Assembly (NCBI GenBank): GCA_963763775.1
Contig: CAVXPZ010000001.1
Span: 640,001-704,000, forward strand
DNA: 64,000 nucleotides
From: an uncultured Chloroflexia bacterium
GTDB lineage: Bacteria > Chloroflexota > Limnocylindria > Limnocylindrales > CSP1-4
Direction of reading: 5' to 3'
Of this stretch, positions 54,625-63,500 are shown piece by piece (the stretch's first letter is position 1; each line of letters opens with the position of its first letter). The position numbers were made by a program, and so were the translations under genes. The notes under the pieces were generated by a model, which was given only the letters and a program-made list of their open reading frames with translations, was not told the origin of the DNA and made no database searches.

Positions 54625-57053
54625 GCGTCGGCGGCCGGTTCGGCGGGTCTGGTCCGACGCGACGACGCGCGTCCCGTCGGTCGCGCGCCGCCACGGCCAC
54701 GACCGCCGCCACGCCCGGTGCTGGATCCACCCGTCCCGCCGCGTCGCGCCCGCTCGGGTCGGGCGATCGCGGCCGGGTCCGGCGGCCCGCCGGGATAGCG
54801 CTCGCCGGGGACGATCGACGCCGGTTCCGCCTCGATCGCCGACCCGCAGACCAGGCAGATCGCCTTCTCGCCCTTGCGGCCGATCGGCCCGTCGTCGGCG
54901 TCGTGGAGCCCGCCCAGCGGCTCGTCGTTGGTCGTGTAGTCGCACTTGGGGTACTTGGAGCACCCCCAGAAGACGTTCCCGGTGCGCCGCGCGCGACGCG
55001 GGACGAGATGGCCGTCCTGGTTCTTGGGACAGATGACCTCGAACGGGAGCGGGTCCGGCGGCGGCGGGCCGTCCTTCTTGATGAACTTGCACTCCGGATA
55101 GCGGTCGCAGCCCACGAACGGGCCGAACCTGCCGGTCTTGCTCACGAGGTGGCCCTGGCCGCACTCGGGGCAGACCTCACCGGTGCCCACGGGCTCGTCG
55201 TCGACGATCGGCCAGGGCCGCGTCTCCTTGTGCTCGGGATACAGCGAGCACGCCACGAACGGCCCGTTGCGGCCGAACCGGAGCACCATCGGGTGGCCGA
55301 GTGAGCAGACCTGGTCCGTCGGACGCGTCCATGCCGGGATGTCGCCACCGGCCCGCACGGCATCGTCGAGCGGCCCGTAGAAGGCCCGGAGCAGGGGCAC
55401 CCACGCGCGCTCGCCGCGGGCGACCTCATCGAGCTCCTCTTCCATGCGCGCCGTGAACCCGAGGTCCACGTAGTCGCCGAAGTGCTCGACGAGCAGGTCC
55501 GTGACCACCTCGGCCACGAGCTCCGGATACAGGCGACGCTCCTCGATGCGGACGTAGCCCCGGTCCGTGATCGTCGAGATCGTGGCCGCATACGTGGACG
55601 GGCGCCCGATGCCGAGCTCCTCGAGCGCCTTGATCAGCGTCGCCTCGGTGAACCGCGGCGGCGGCTCGGTGAAGTGCTGCGTCGGCGTGACCTCGGCCAC
55701 GCTGGTGACGTCGCCCTCCTTCAGGCCCGGGAGCCGGTTGCCTTCGTCGTCGTCGTCGGCGGCATCGTCGTCGCGGCCCTCGGTGTAGACGCGGGCGAAG
55801 CCGTCGAAGAGGACCTTCGTGGAGGAGGCCCGGAGCTCGTACGGTCCATCGGCAAGCTCGATCGATGTGGTCTCGAGCTCCTTCGGCGCCATCTGGGACG
55901 CGAGCGCGCGCTGCCAGATCAGGCGATACAGGCGCAGCTCGTCGGCCTTCAGGTGGCCCGCGAGGGAATCGGGGTCACGACGGAAGCTCGTCGGCCGGAT
56001 CGACTCGTGCGCCTCCTGGGCACCCTTCGACTTGGTCTTGTAGACGCGGCCCTTGGGCATGGTGTACGTCGCGCCGAACCGGTCGCCGATGACCTCGCGC
56101 GCCTCGCCCATCGCGATGCCGGCGATCGCGGTCGAATTGGTCCGCATGTACGTGATGAGGCCGACCTGGCCGCCACCGATGTCGACGCCCTCGTAGAGGC
56201 GTTGCGCCACGGACATCGTGCGCTTCGGGCTGAACCCGAGCCGACGACTGGCCTCCTGCTGGAGGGTCGAGGTCGTGAAGGGCGCCGCGGGCGACCGCTT
56301 CTGGGTGCGCGTCCCGATCTTGCGCACGACGGGGTGCCGCTGGGCCAGCGCCTCGATGTGCGCGGTCGCGGTGGCCTCGTCCTTGATGTCGAGCGCCTCG
56401 GCGTCGATCCGCACCAGCTCGGCAGTGAACCGCTCCCCAGCGGCCGTCTCCAGGACGGCCTCGATCGTCCAGTACTCGCGCGCCGTGAAGGCGCCGATCT
56501 CCCGTTCCCGTTCCACCACGAGCCGGACCGCGACGGACTGGACGCGTCCGGCCGACAGCCCGCGCTGGACCTTCCGGCCGATCAGCGGGCTCAGCGTGTA
56601 GCCGACGAGGCGGTCGACGATGCGGCGCGTCTGCTGCGCGTCGACGAGGTCCTGGTCGATATCGCGCGGGTTCGCGAAGGCCTCCCGGATCGCCGGCTCG
56701 GTGATCTCGCTGAACGTGACCCGGCGGGTCTTGTCCGCGGGGACGTGCGCGGCCTCGGCGACATGCCAGGCGATCGCCTCGCCCTCGCGGTCCAGGTCGG
56801 TGGCCAGGTAGACCATGTCCGAGCCGCGGGCCGCCTTCTCGATGTCGCTGACCTGCTTGCGCCGGTCCTCGGAGATGACGTACTCGGGGGCGAAGTCGTG
56901 GTCGACGTCCACGCCGAACTTGCCCTTCCCCGGGTTCTCGGGCAGGTCTCGGACATGTCCGTAGGAGGCGAGGACCTTGTAGTCGGCGCCCAGGTAGCGT
57001 TCGATCGTGCGCGCCTTCGCAGGCGACTCCACGATCACGAGGTTCTTCGGCAC
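54621..57053 (-). CDS. topA: DNA topoisomerase I (type IA) with C-terminal zinc ribbons
   Basis: LVIVESPAKA, ATDLDREGEAI, SAGRVQS, LITYMRT, QEAHESIRPT, GIGRPSTYA. Confidence 0.96.
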   Translation of the reverse strand: MPKNLVIVESPAKARTIERYLGADYKVLASYGHVRDLPENPGKGKFGVDVDHDFAPEYVISEDRRKQVSDIEKAARGSDMVYLATDLDREGEAIAWHVAEAAHVPADKTRRVTFSEITEPAIREAFANPRDIDQDLVDAQQTRRIVDRLVGYTLSPLIGRKVQRGLSAGRVQSVAVRLVVEREREIGAFTAREYWTIEAVLETAAGERFTAELVRIDAEALDIKDEATATAHIEALAQRHPVVRKIGTRTQKRSPAAPFTTSTLQQEASRRLGFSPKRTMSVAQRLYEGVDIGGGQVGLITYMRTNSTAIAGIAMGEAREVIGDRFGATYTMPKGRVYKTKSKGAQEAHESIRPTSFRRDPDSLAGHLKADELRLYRLIWQRALASQMAPKELETTSIELADGPYELRASSTKVLFDGFARVYTEGRDDDAADDDDEGNRLPGLKEGDVTSVAEVTPTQHFTEPPPRFTEATLIKALEELGIGRPSTYAATISTITDRGYVRIEERRLYPELVAEVVTDLLVEHFGDYVDLGFTARMEEELDEVARGERAWVPLLRAFYGPLDDAVRAGGDIPAWTRPTDQVCSLGHPMVLRFGRNGPFVACSLYPEHKETRPWPIVDDEPVGTGEVCPECGQGHLVSKTGRFGPFVGCDRYPECKFIKKDGPPPPDPLPFEVICPKNQDGHLVPRRARRTGNVFWGCSKYPKCDYTTNDEPLGGLHDADDGPIGRKGEKAICLVCGSAIEAEPASIVPGERYPGGPPDPAAIARPERARRGGTGGSSTGRGGGRGRGGARPTGRASSRRTRPAEPAADA

Positions 57054-57106
57054 GGCCGGGAGTGTAGCACCGGGTCCTGCACGGACCCTTGGCGGGCGTC
57101 CGACGG

Positions 57107-57451
57107 TCAGACTTCGCGGATGCGCCGGAGGAAGTCCTCGTCGATCTCGAGGTCCGGCTCGTCGTCCTCGGTCGCACCATCCGGCCCGAAGCCCGGGCGG
57201 ACGTTCGAGACGACCACCATCGGCCGGTCGCCGGTCCCCGTGGCGGAGGTCGGCAGGATCTCGATGAACCGGATGTTGACCCACGCGAAGATGAAGACCG
57301 AGTGCATGTCGTCGGCGAAGACGGGGCGCTTCCGGTCGAGGGTGCGCAGGTTCGTGCAGCGCAGGGTCAGGTCGCTCGGCGAGGGGATCTCGAACAGGTC
57401 CGCGACGAGCGGCTGCTCGTTGTTGATGTGGATGACGGCGTCGTTGATCAC
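57107..57451 (-). CDS. Hypothetical protein
   Basis: 114-aa ORF with coding-like composition, beta-rich core and acidic tail. Confidence 0.7.
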   Translation of the reverse strand: MINDAVIHINNEQPLVADLFEIPSPSDLTLRCTNLRTLDRKRPVFADDMHSVFIFAWVNIRFIEILPTSATGTGDRPMVVVSNVRPGFGPDGATEDDEPDLEIDEDFLRRIREV

Positions 57452-57502
57452 CGCGTCATCTTGGGCGCGCGGAAGCCGGACGTCAGTGTGACTTTGGTCC
57501 GG

Positions 57503-59137
57503 TCAGGGGTGGTAGAAGTCGATGACCAGTCGCACCCGACCGTGCGACACCCAGACGCCGATCCCGACGCGATCGTACTTGGCGTTCATCAGGTTGACGT
57601 AGTGGCCGCCGCTGTACGAGCGCTCGCTCTGGAAGAAGCGGTGCGACCCGAGGACCGCGCCTCGCGGGTTGCCCGACCGGCAGCCGATGTTCTCGGCCCA
57701 TCGATAGCTGGAGTAGCCCGCCCGGCGCAGACGGTCTCCAGGGTTGCCGCCGATGAAGTGGCTGCAGTCCGCGCCGATCGCCAGCTTCCTGGCGTACGGT
57801 CGAGACACGTGGGCGCTGATCCCGCGATCGAGCTTGAGCGCGGCCACGTTCCGACCGCCCGGGCTGGAGCACTTGCCCGACGAGGTGACCCAGCCGCCGG
57901 TTCGGGTGCAGTTCATGAGCCCGAGGTAGTACGTCTCCACGGAGCCCCAACTGCCGCCACCGACGGCGCGCCCCGGACCGGTCGAGCCACCGCCGCTGCT
58001 CGGCGGACGCGACTTCACGGCCGGCTTGGCTTTGGGCTTCGGGGCCGTCTTGAACCAGCCGCTGGTCGAGGCGCCGAGCGTCGAGCCGTCGGCGGTCTCG
58101 GCATTCGCACCCACCTCCATGACGACCTTGGCGCCGTATGGCAGGGCCTTCGCCGGCACGAACACCAGGACGAGCCCGTTCTCCGCGAACGAGATCTTGC
58201 CGGCGATCGGCTTGCCGGCCGCACTCACCTTGAACGCCGCCGCCGTGGCCGCGTGCGCCATCGGGGACGTGAACCGGACGGAGATGGCGGCATCCCGCGG
58301 GATATCGGCCGTGGTGTCACGCGGCCGGAAGCGGACGACCCCGGCCGAGGCGATCGTCCTGAACGTGGTCTCGCCGCGCGCGATCCGGATCCCGTCCGCG
58401 TCTCGGACCCCGTCGATCACGAGGCGGTAGCGGGTGTTCGCCCTGAGCGCCTTCGACGGCGTGAAGGTGTAGGTCGTCAGACCCTCACCGGCCTGGGTCG
58501 CCGTCACGGAACCCTTGGCGGCCGGCTCGAGATGCACCGAAGGGGCGACGGTCGTCGGGTCGACCGGACGGTCGAACGTGAAGAGGAAGGCGCTCCCGAC
58601 GGCGATCCGTTTGCCGGAACGCTCCGTCGGCGAGATCCGGACGCCGCCCTCGTCGCGGGTCAGGAACGCGGCGCGGGCCGGGCTGGCCATGGGAGCGCCG
58701 GACTTCGCGAGGGCGCCGGCATCGACCGTGATCGTGTGGTAGGTCCCGGAGGCCCATCGGTGGCTCGGCGCGATCGTGAGGACGCGTCCGGTCGCGTCCC
58801 AGCGGAGGTCGACGGCCACCGGCGGCTGGACCTTGAGGGACGCCGCGACCGAGCGCTGGTCCATCGGTGCGCTGAACTCGATCGTCACCGGCTCGTCGAG
58901 GGCACGGTCCGTGGCCACGACCGTCTGGAAGTTCGCGGCAGTCAGCGGCAGGTCGGCCGCGACGGGCGTCGCCGTGGCCGGCGTCGGTCGCACCAAGGCG
59001 ATGACGCCGAGGCCGATCAACGCTCCCAGACCCACGGCCAAGGCTGACCGCGCCACCATCGAGCGACCGACGAGGGTGCTCAGGTAGACGACAGCCAGGA
59101 CCGGGACGGCCAGCAGCGCGATGGCCAGCTTTCGCAA
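57503..59137 (-). CDS. Membrane-anchored protein with about three Ig-like (Big_5-type) repeats and C-terminal CAP/SCP domain
   Basis: Two N-terminal hydrophobic segments; IEFSAPMD / FTFDRPVD / VRFTSPM repeats; SH..RLRRAGY..AENIG..GHYVNLMN..RVGIGV. Confidence 0.8.
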   Translation of the reverse strand: MRKLAIALLAVPVLAVVYLSTLVGRSMVARSALAVGLGALIGLGVIALVRPTPATATPVAADLPLTAANFQTVVATDRALDEPVTIEFSAPMDQRSVAASLKVQPPVAVDLRWDATGRVLTIAPSHRWASGTYHTITVDAGALAKSGAPMASPARAAFLTRDEGGVRISPTERSGKRIAVGSAFLFTFDRPVDPTTVAPSVHLEPAAKGSVTATQAGEGLTTYTFTPSKALRANTRYRLVIDGVRDADGIRIARGETTFRTIASAGVVRFRPRDTTADIPRDAAISVRFTSPMAHAATAAAFKVSAAGKPIAGKISFAENGLVLVFVPAKALPYGAKVVMEVGANAETADGSTLGASTSGWFKTAPKPKAKPAVKSRPPSSGGGSTGPGRAVGGGSWGSVETYYLGLMNCTRTGGWVTSSGKCSSPGGRNVAALKLDRGISAHVSRPYARKLAIGADCSHFIGGNPGDRLRRAGYSSYRWAENIGCRSGNPRGAVLGSHRFFQSERSYSGGHYVNLMNAKYDRVGIGVWVSHGRVRLVIDFYHP

Positions 59138-59268
59138 TAGACGACGCTCCGTGCTGGGGCAGGAGGTGGGCCCGGGATCGGGCACGCGCAGGTCGCGTTG
59201 GGATCGAGACCTCGCCTGAGGGTAGCATCGGTCGGACCGAGGCGGCAACCGTGGAGGCACCGTCCCGT

Positions 59269-60603
59269 TCAGCGAGTGGTGCCGGCACGCCTCGGTCTGG
59301 CCGTCCGACCCCGCCGGTCGACGGCCGCGAGCGTCCCGGCCGGGCGGTACCGTCCGAAGGTGCCGACGACGAGCCCGCGACGCTCGAGCAGCGTCAGGGT
59401 GGCGAGGACCGTGGCCACCGGGAGGTCCGTGACGGCCACCAATTCGTCGACGGTGACCCGGCCCGCGACGAGCTCCTGGCCGACTCGCGCCGCCGTACCG
59501 CCGAGCTCGGTCAGGGTCGCCCCGGCGAGCGCGGTGGCGCCGCGGACGGGCGGCGGCGTCGCCAGTCCCAGGTCCTCGATCAGCTGCGGGACGCCGGAGA
59601 CGATCCGGGCGCTCCCCGGGAAGTCGCGCAGGAACGAGAGGCAGCCCGCGCTCGGGATCGCGTCGATCGGACCCGGGACGAGGAAGCAGTCGCGGCCCTG
59701 CTCCAGCGACCAGGAGGCGGTCAGGAGGGCGCCACTCCTCGCCGGCGCCTCGACGACCACGGTCGCGTCCGCGAGGCCGCTGATCAGCCGGTTCCGCCGG
59801 GGGAACGTCCATTTGAGCGGGGTGGCGTCCGGCCCCAGCTCGGAGACGATGGCGCCGCCGCCGTCGACGATCGCGGCCGCGAGGCGCGTATGGGCGCGCG
59901 GGAAGAGCCGCGCGTGGCCACCGCCGATGACCGCGACCGTGGTGCCGCCCGCCTCGAGCGTCGCCGCGTGGGCCGCGCCGTCGATGCCCACCGCGAGCCC
60001 CGAGATGACCGAGGCACTCGACGCCACGAGCGCCCCGGCGATCCGGCTGGCGAGCAGTCGGCCACCCGTGGTCGCTCGGCGCGTCCCGACGACGGCGACG
60101 GCGTGCGCCGTGTGCATCGCACTGACGGTCCCGTGGACGAAGAGGACATGCGGCGGAAGGTCGACCGTCGCGAGGCGCGGCGGGTAAGCCGGGTCGTCGA
60201 GCGTGACCACGACGAGCCCGAGCTCGCGGATGCGCTCGACCGTCCTGGGTCCATCCTGCGCCGCCTGCGCGATCGTCGTGGCGAGCTCATGGGTCAGCAC
60301 CGGGGACGCACGGTCGTCGGCCTCGACGTCCCGGCCGTACTCGTTCGCGGCGGCGACCAGGGCCAGGACGCCGCCGGGGCGAGCGGCGATCTCGAGGACG
60401 GACCGCCCGCTCCCGATCCGACGGAGCAGGCTCGCGAACGCCACCGGTCCGAGACCCTCGACGCCGGCGAGGATCGCCCACGCGTCCCGTTCCGCGGCGC
60501 GGGACGTCCCCGACGAGGACCCTGGGTCGTCCGCGGCCGTCGCCAGGGCGACGCTGGCCGGATCCCGATCCCCGGTCGGACCGCCCAGTCCCACACCGAG
60601 CAT
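59269..60603 (-). CDS. dprA: DNA-processing protein DprA
   Basis: AYPPRL, AVVGTR, ISGLAVGIDGAAH, FPRRNRLISGL, VVEAPARSGALLTA. Confidence 0.93.
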   Translation of the reverse strand: MLGVGLGGPTGDRDPASVALATAADDPGSSSGTSRAAERDAWAILAGVEGLGPVAFASLLRRIGSGRSVLEIAARPGGVLALVAAANEYGRDVEADDRASPVLTHELATTIAQAAQDGPRTVERIRELGLVVVTLDDPAYPPRLATVDLPPHVLFVHGTVSAMHTAHAVAVVGTRRATTGGRLLASRIAGALVASSASVISGLAVGIDGAAHAATLEAGGTTVAVIGGGHARLFPRAHTRLAAAIVDGGGAIVSELGPDATPLKWTFPRRNRLISGLADATVVVEAPARSGALLTASWSLEQGRDCFLVPGPIDAIPSAGCLSFLRDFPGSARIVSGVPQLIEDLGLATPPPVRGATALAGATLTELGGTAARVGQELVAGRVTVDELVAVTDLPVATVLATLTLLERRGLVVGTFGRYRPAGTLAAVDRRGRTARPRRAGTTR

Positions 60604-60604
60604 C

Positions 60605-62200
60605 TCAGACCGCCAACGAGCTGACGTGTTCGCCGCCTTGCTGCCGGAACCAGGCGGCCTCGTCGAGGTGCGCGGCCTGCACGCGGTCGTCGCCCGTGAG
60701 ATCCGCGATGGTCCGCGCCACCCGCAGCAGTCGCTCGGTCCCGCGGCCGCTCGCCCGCTCCTGGTCCGCGAGGGCGACGGCGCGCCGCCGGGTCCGGGCA
60801 TCCATCGAGCACGCCTCGCGGAGGGCGTCCCCCGTCAGCCGGGCGTTCGACATCGGCGCAGGCCGGCCGCCGAGACGCCGGGCAGCGATAGCGCGGGCCG
60901 CGGCGATGCGGGCAGCGACGACCGCTGATCGTTCGGGGTCCGGCCCGCCGACGATGACCGCCGGGCGGACACGTGGCATCGAGATCCACAGGTCGATGCG
61001 GTCGCGAAGCGGTCCGGAGACGCGCCGCTCGTACCGCTGCACCAGCCCGGGCAGGCAGCGGCACTGGCCATCGTCGGTGCCGGCGTAGCCGCACGGGCAC
61101 GGGTTCATGGCCGCGAGCAGCTGGAAGCGCGCGGGGAACGTGGTGGCTCGGCCGGCGCGGGCGATCGCGACACGACCTTCCTCGAGCGGCTGGCGGAGCG
61201 CCTCGAGGACATCGCGGCCGAACTCCGGCAGCTCGTCGAGGAACAGCACGCCGTGATCGGCGAGGGTGACCTCGCCCGGCGACAGCCGAGGGCCGCCTCC
61301 GACCATCGCGGCATAGGAGATCGTGTGATGCGGCGCCCGGAACGGGGGGCGTCGGATGAGGCTCGTGATCGGCCCTTCGCCTGCCGCCGAGGCCACGATC
61401 GTCACCGCGAGCGCGGCCGCATCATCCAAACCCGGCAGGAGGCTCGGGACGGTCCGCGCCAGCAGGGTCTTGCCGACCCCGGGAGGGCCGGTCATGAGCA
61501 GGCCGTGCCCGCCCGCGAGGGCGATCTCCAGCCCACGGCGCGCCTGGGCCTGCCCGCGGACGTCGCCGAGGTCCGGAGAGGCGGTCGTCGGCTCGACGAC
61601 GCTCCCCGGCGCCCCCGCGACGGACGCCGTCGACGACATGGCCTCCCCCCTGAACTCGATCCGTGCCGAGGGCGAGGTCCGTCGTCGCGATCGCGCCGAC
61701 CGGATCGCCTCGATGGCGTCGCCGAGCGACTCGAGCCCGACGACCTCGACCCCGGCGACCAGCGCCGCCTCCTCGACAGCGGCCGCGGCGACACCGACGC
61801 GACGGATCCCGCGTCGTTCGAGCGCGGCGACCATCGGGAGGATCCCCGGAACGGGCCGCACCTCGCCGCCGAGCGACAGCTCGCCGATCAGCCCGATGGC
61901 GTCGCGGCCCGGCCGGACCTGCTCGGAGCCGAGCAGGATCCCCATCGCCATCGCCAGGTCCAGCGACGCTCCCGCCTTCCTGAGGTCCGCGGGCGCGAGG
62001 TTCACGGTGATCCGTCGAGGCGGATGGACGTATCCCGTGTTGCGCAACGCCCCGCGGATGCGCTCTCGCGCCTCCTGGAGGGCCGTGTCGGCCAGCCCGA
62101 CGATCGTGAACCCCGGCAGGCCGGGCGCGACGTCGACCTCGACGCGGATGAACCGCCCGTCGAGCCCGAGCAAGGTCGCGGAAGGGACGATGGCCAGCAC
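60605..62200 (-). CDS. comM: ComM/YifB Mg-chelatase-like AAA+ ATPase
   Basis: ITVNLAPADLRK, GPPGVGKT, PFRAPHH, GVLFLDELPEF, AAMNPCPCG, SGPLRDRID. Confidence 0.93.
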   Translation of the reverse strand: MLAIVPSATLLGLDGRFIRVEVDVAPGLPGFTIVGLADTALQEARERIRGALRNTGYVHPPRRITVNLAPADLRKAGASLDLAMAMGILLGSEQVRPGRDAIGLIGELSLGGEVRPVPGILPMVAALERRGIRRVGVAAAAVEEAALVAGVEVVGLESLGDAIEAIRSARSRRRTSPSARIEFRGEAMSSTASVAGAPGSVVEPTTASPDLGDVRGQAQARRGLEIALAGGHGLLMTGPPGVGKTLLARTVPSLLPGLDDAAALAVTIVASAAGEGPITSLIRRPPFRAPHHTISYAAMVGGGPRLSPGEVTLADHGVLFLDELPEFGRDVLEALRQPLEEGRVAIARAGRATTFPARFQLLAAMNPCPCGYAGTDDGQCRCLPGLVQRYERRVSGPLRDRIDLWISMPRVRPAVIVGGPDPERSAVVAARIAAARAIAARRLGGRPAPMSNARLTGDALREACSMDARTRRRAVALADQERASGRGTERLLRVARTIADLTGDDRVQAAHLDEAAWFRQQGGEHVSSLAV

Positions 62201-62206
62201 CGCCCC

Positions 62207-62264
62207 ACCCTAGGCCGGGTGGCTCACCCGCGACTCACCGGCCGGCAACCCGCCCATCACCCGT
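62207..62264 (-). promoter_or_regulatory. comM promoter: four 11-bp direct repeats upstream of a TAGGGT -10 box
   Basis: Minus strand ACGGGTGATGG GCGGGTTGCCG GCCGGTGAGTC GCGGGTGAGCC, 8 nt, TAGGGT, 6 nt, GTG. Confidence 0.6.
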
Positions 62265-62271
62265 CGCGGCG

Positions 62272-63441
62272 TCAGCGGGCGGGGACGGCCCCTGTGGCGG
62301 CCACGGCGGCCGGCTTGTCGACCCCGCGGGCGAAGTGGAGCAGCGATCCGCCGAGCGCCGAGTCCGCCTTCATGAACATGAACGGCGCCCCGGAGTTCAG
62401 GGCGCTGATGGCGCCGCGGTACTCGTTGACGATCTGGTGGTCGATCGTCCGGCGCAGGGCGCCCTCGGCGTTCTTCACATTGATGCCGGTGAAGGCGTTC
62501 GATCGGTTGAGGACGAGCTGGACCTTGTTCGGCGGGTAGCCCAGGTGGTCGACGGTCTCGAGGATCAGCCGCACGTTCTTCAGGCACGAGAGATCCGCGG
62601 TCATCACCACGAAGATCGAGTCCGCGACCTCGAAGACGCCCAGGTTGACGTCGTCGAGACGCTTGTCGATGTCGACGACGACGTAGTCGTAGGTCGACAT
62701 CAGCAGCTCGGCGATCATCGGGAGGTGCTCGGGGCTGACGAGCTCGGCCGTCTCCGGCGACGGCGGCGCGAGCAGCAGGTCCACCCCTGAGTCGTGCTTG
62801 ACGAGCACGCTCTTGATGAGGTCGACGTCGATCGAGGATGCCGTCACGACGTCGACGATGCTCTTGCGGTCGAGGCCGAGGTCGAGGAAGACGCGATGGT
62901 CGCCGAACTGGAGGTTGCCGTCGATCAGGCAGACCTTCCGCCCGAGCTCGCGATTGAGAGCGATGGCCGCGTTGATGGCGATCGTGGTCGTGCCGACGCC
63001 GCCCTTGGCACCGTAGAACGCGAGGATCCGGCCGAGTGGCGGCCGCGAGAGCATGACGTCCTTGGGCGCGAACCGGGCGAGCAGGCTCTTGATGCGCGCC
63101 ATCAGCTCGGCCGGGTGGAACGGCTTGATCAGATAGTCGTCGGCGCCGGCCTTGAGGCCGCGGACCTTTTGCTCCACCTCGCGCTCGGCGGTGAGCATGA
63201 TGATCGGGACGTGGCTCGACGAGCCTTCTTCCGTGCGGATCTTCGTCGCGACCTGGTACCCGTCGAGCTTGGGCAGGGCGACGTCGAGGAGGATGAGGTC
63301 CGGAGCCTCGGCGCCCCACAGGCGGAATCCTTCGGCGCCGTCCGCCGCGACGATGACCTCGTACCCCTCCTGCTTCAGCGTGTACTGCAGAAGACGCTGG
63401 ACATTGGGGTCGTCATCGACGACGAGGATCTTGGCCGCCAT
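62272..63441 (-). CDS. Response-regulator receiver fused to CpaE/TadZ (MinD-like) ATPase
   Basis: ILVVDDD..LLDVALP..MLTA..KPF receiver; GAKGGVGTTT deviant Walker A; IDGNLQFGD. Confidence 0.87.
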   Translation of the reverse strand: MAAKILVVDDDPNVQRLLQYTLKQEGYEVIVAADGAEGFRLWGAEAPDLILLDVALPKLDGYQVATKIRTEEGSSSHVPIIMLTAEREVEQKVRGLKAGADDYLIKPFHPAELMARIKSLLARFAPKDVMLSRPPLGRILAFYGAKGGVGTTTIAINAAIALNRELGRKVCLIDGNLQFGDHRVFLDLGLDRKSIVDVVTASSIDVDLIKSVLVKHDSGVDLLLAPPSPETAELVSPEHLPMIAELLMSTYDYVVVDIDKRLDDVNLGVFEVADSIFVVMTADLSCLKNVRLILETVDHLGYPPNKVQLVLNRSNAFTGINVKNAEGALRRTIDHQIVNEYRGAISALNSGAPFMFMKADSALGGSLLHFARGVDKPAAVAATGAVPAR

Positions 63442-63500
63442 CGGTCCTCCGCGCGGGATGGGTGGGACGGTATCGCCGGCCTGGGCCCCCGGCGCCGCGA

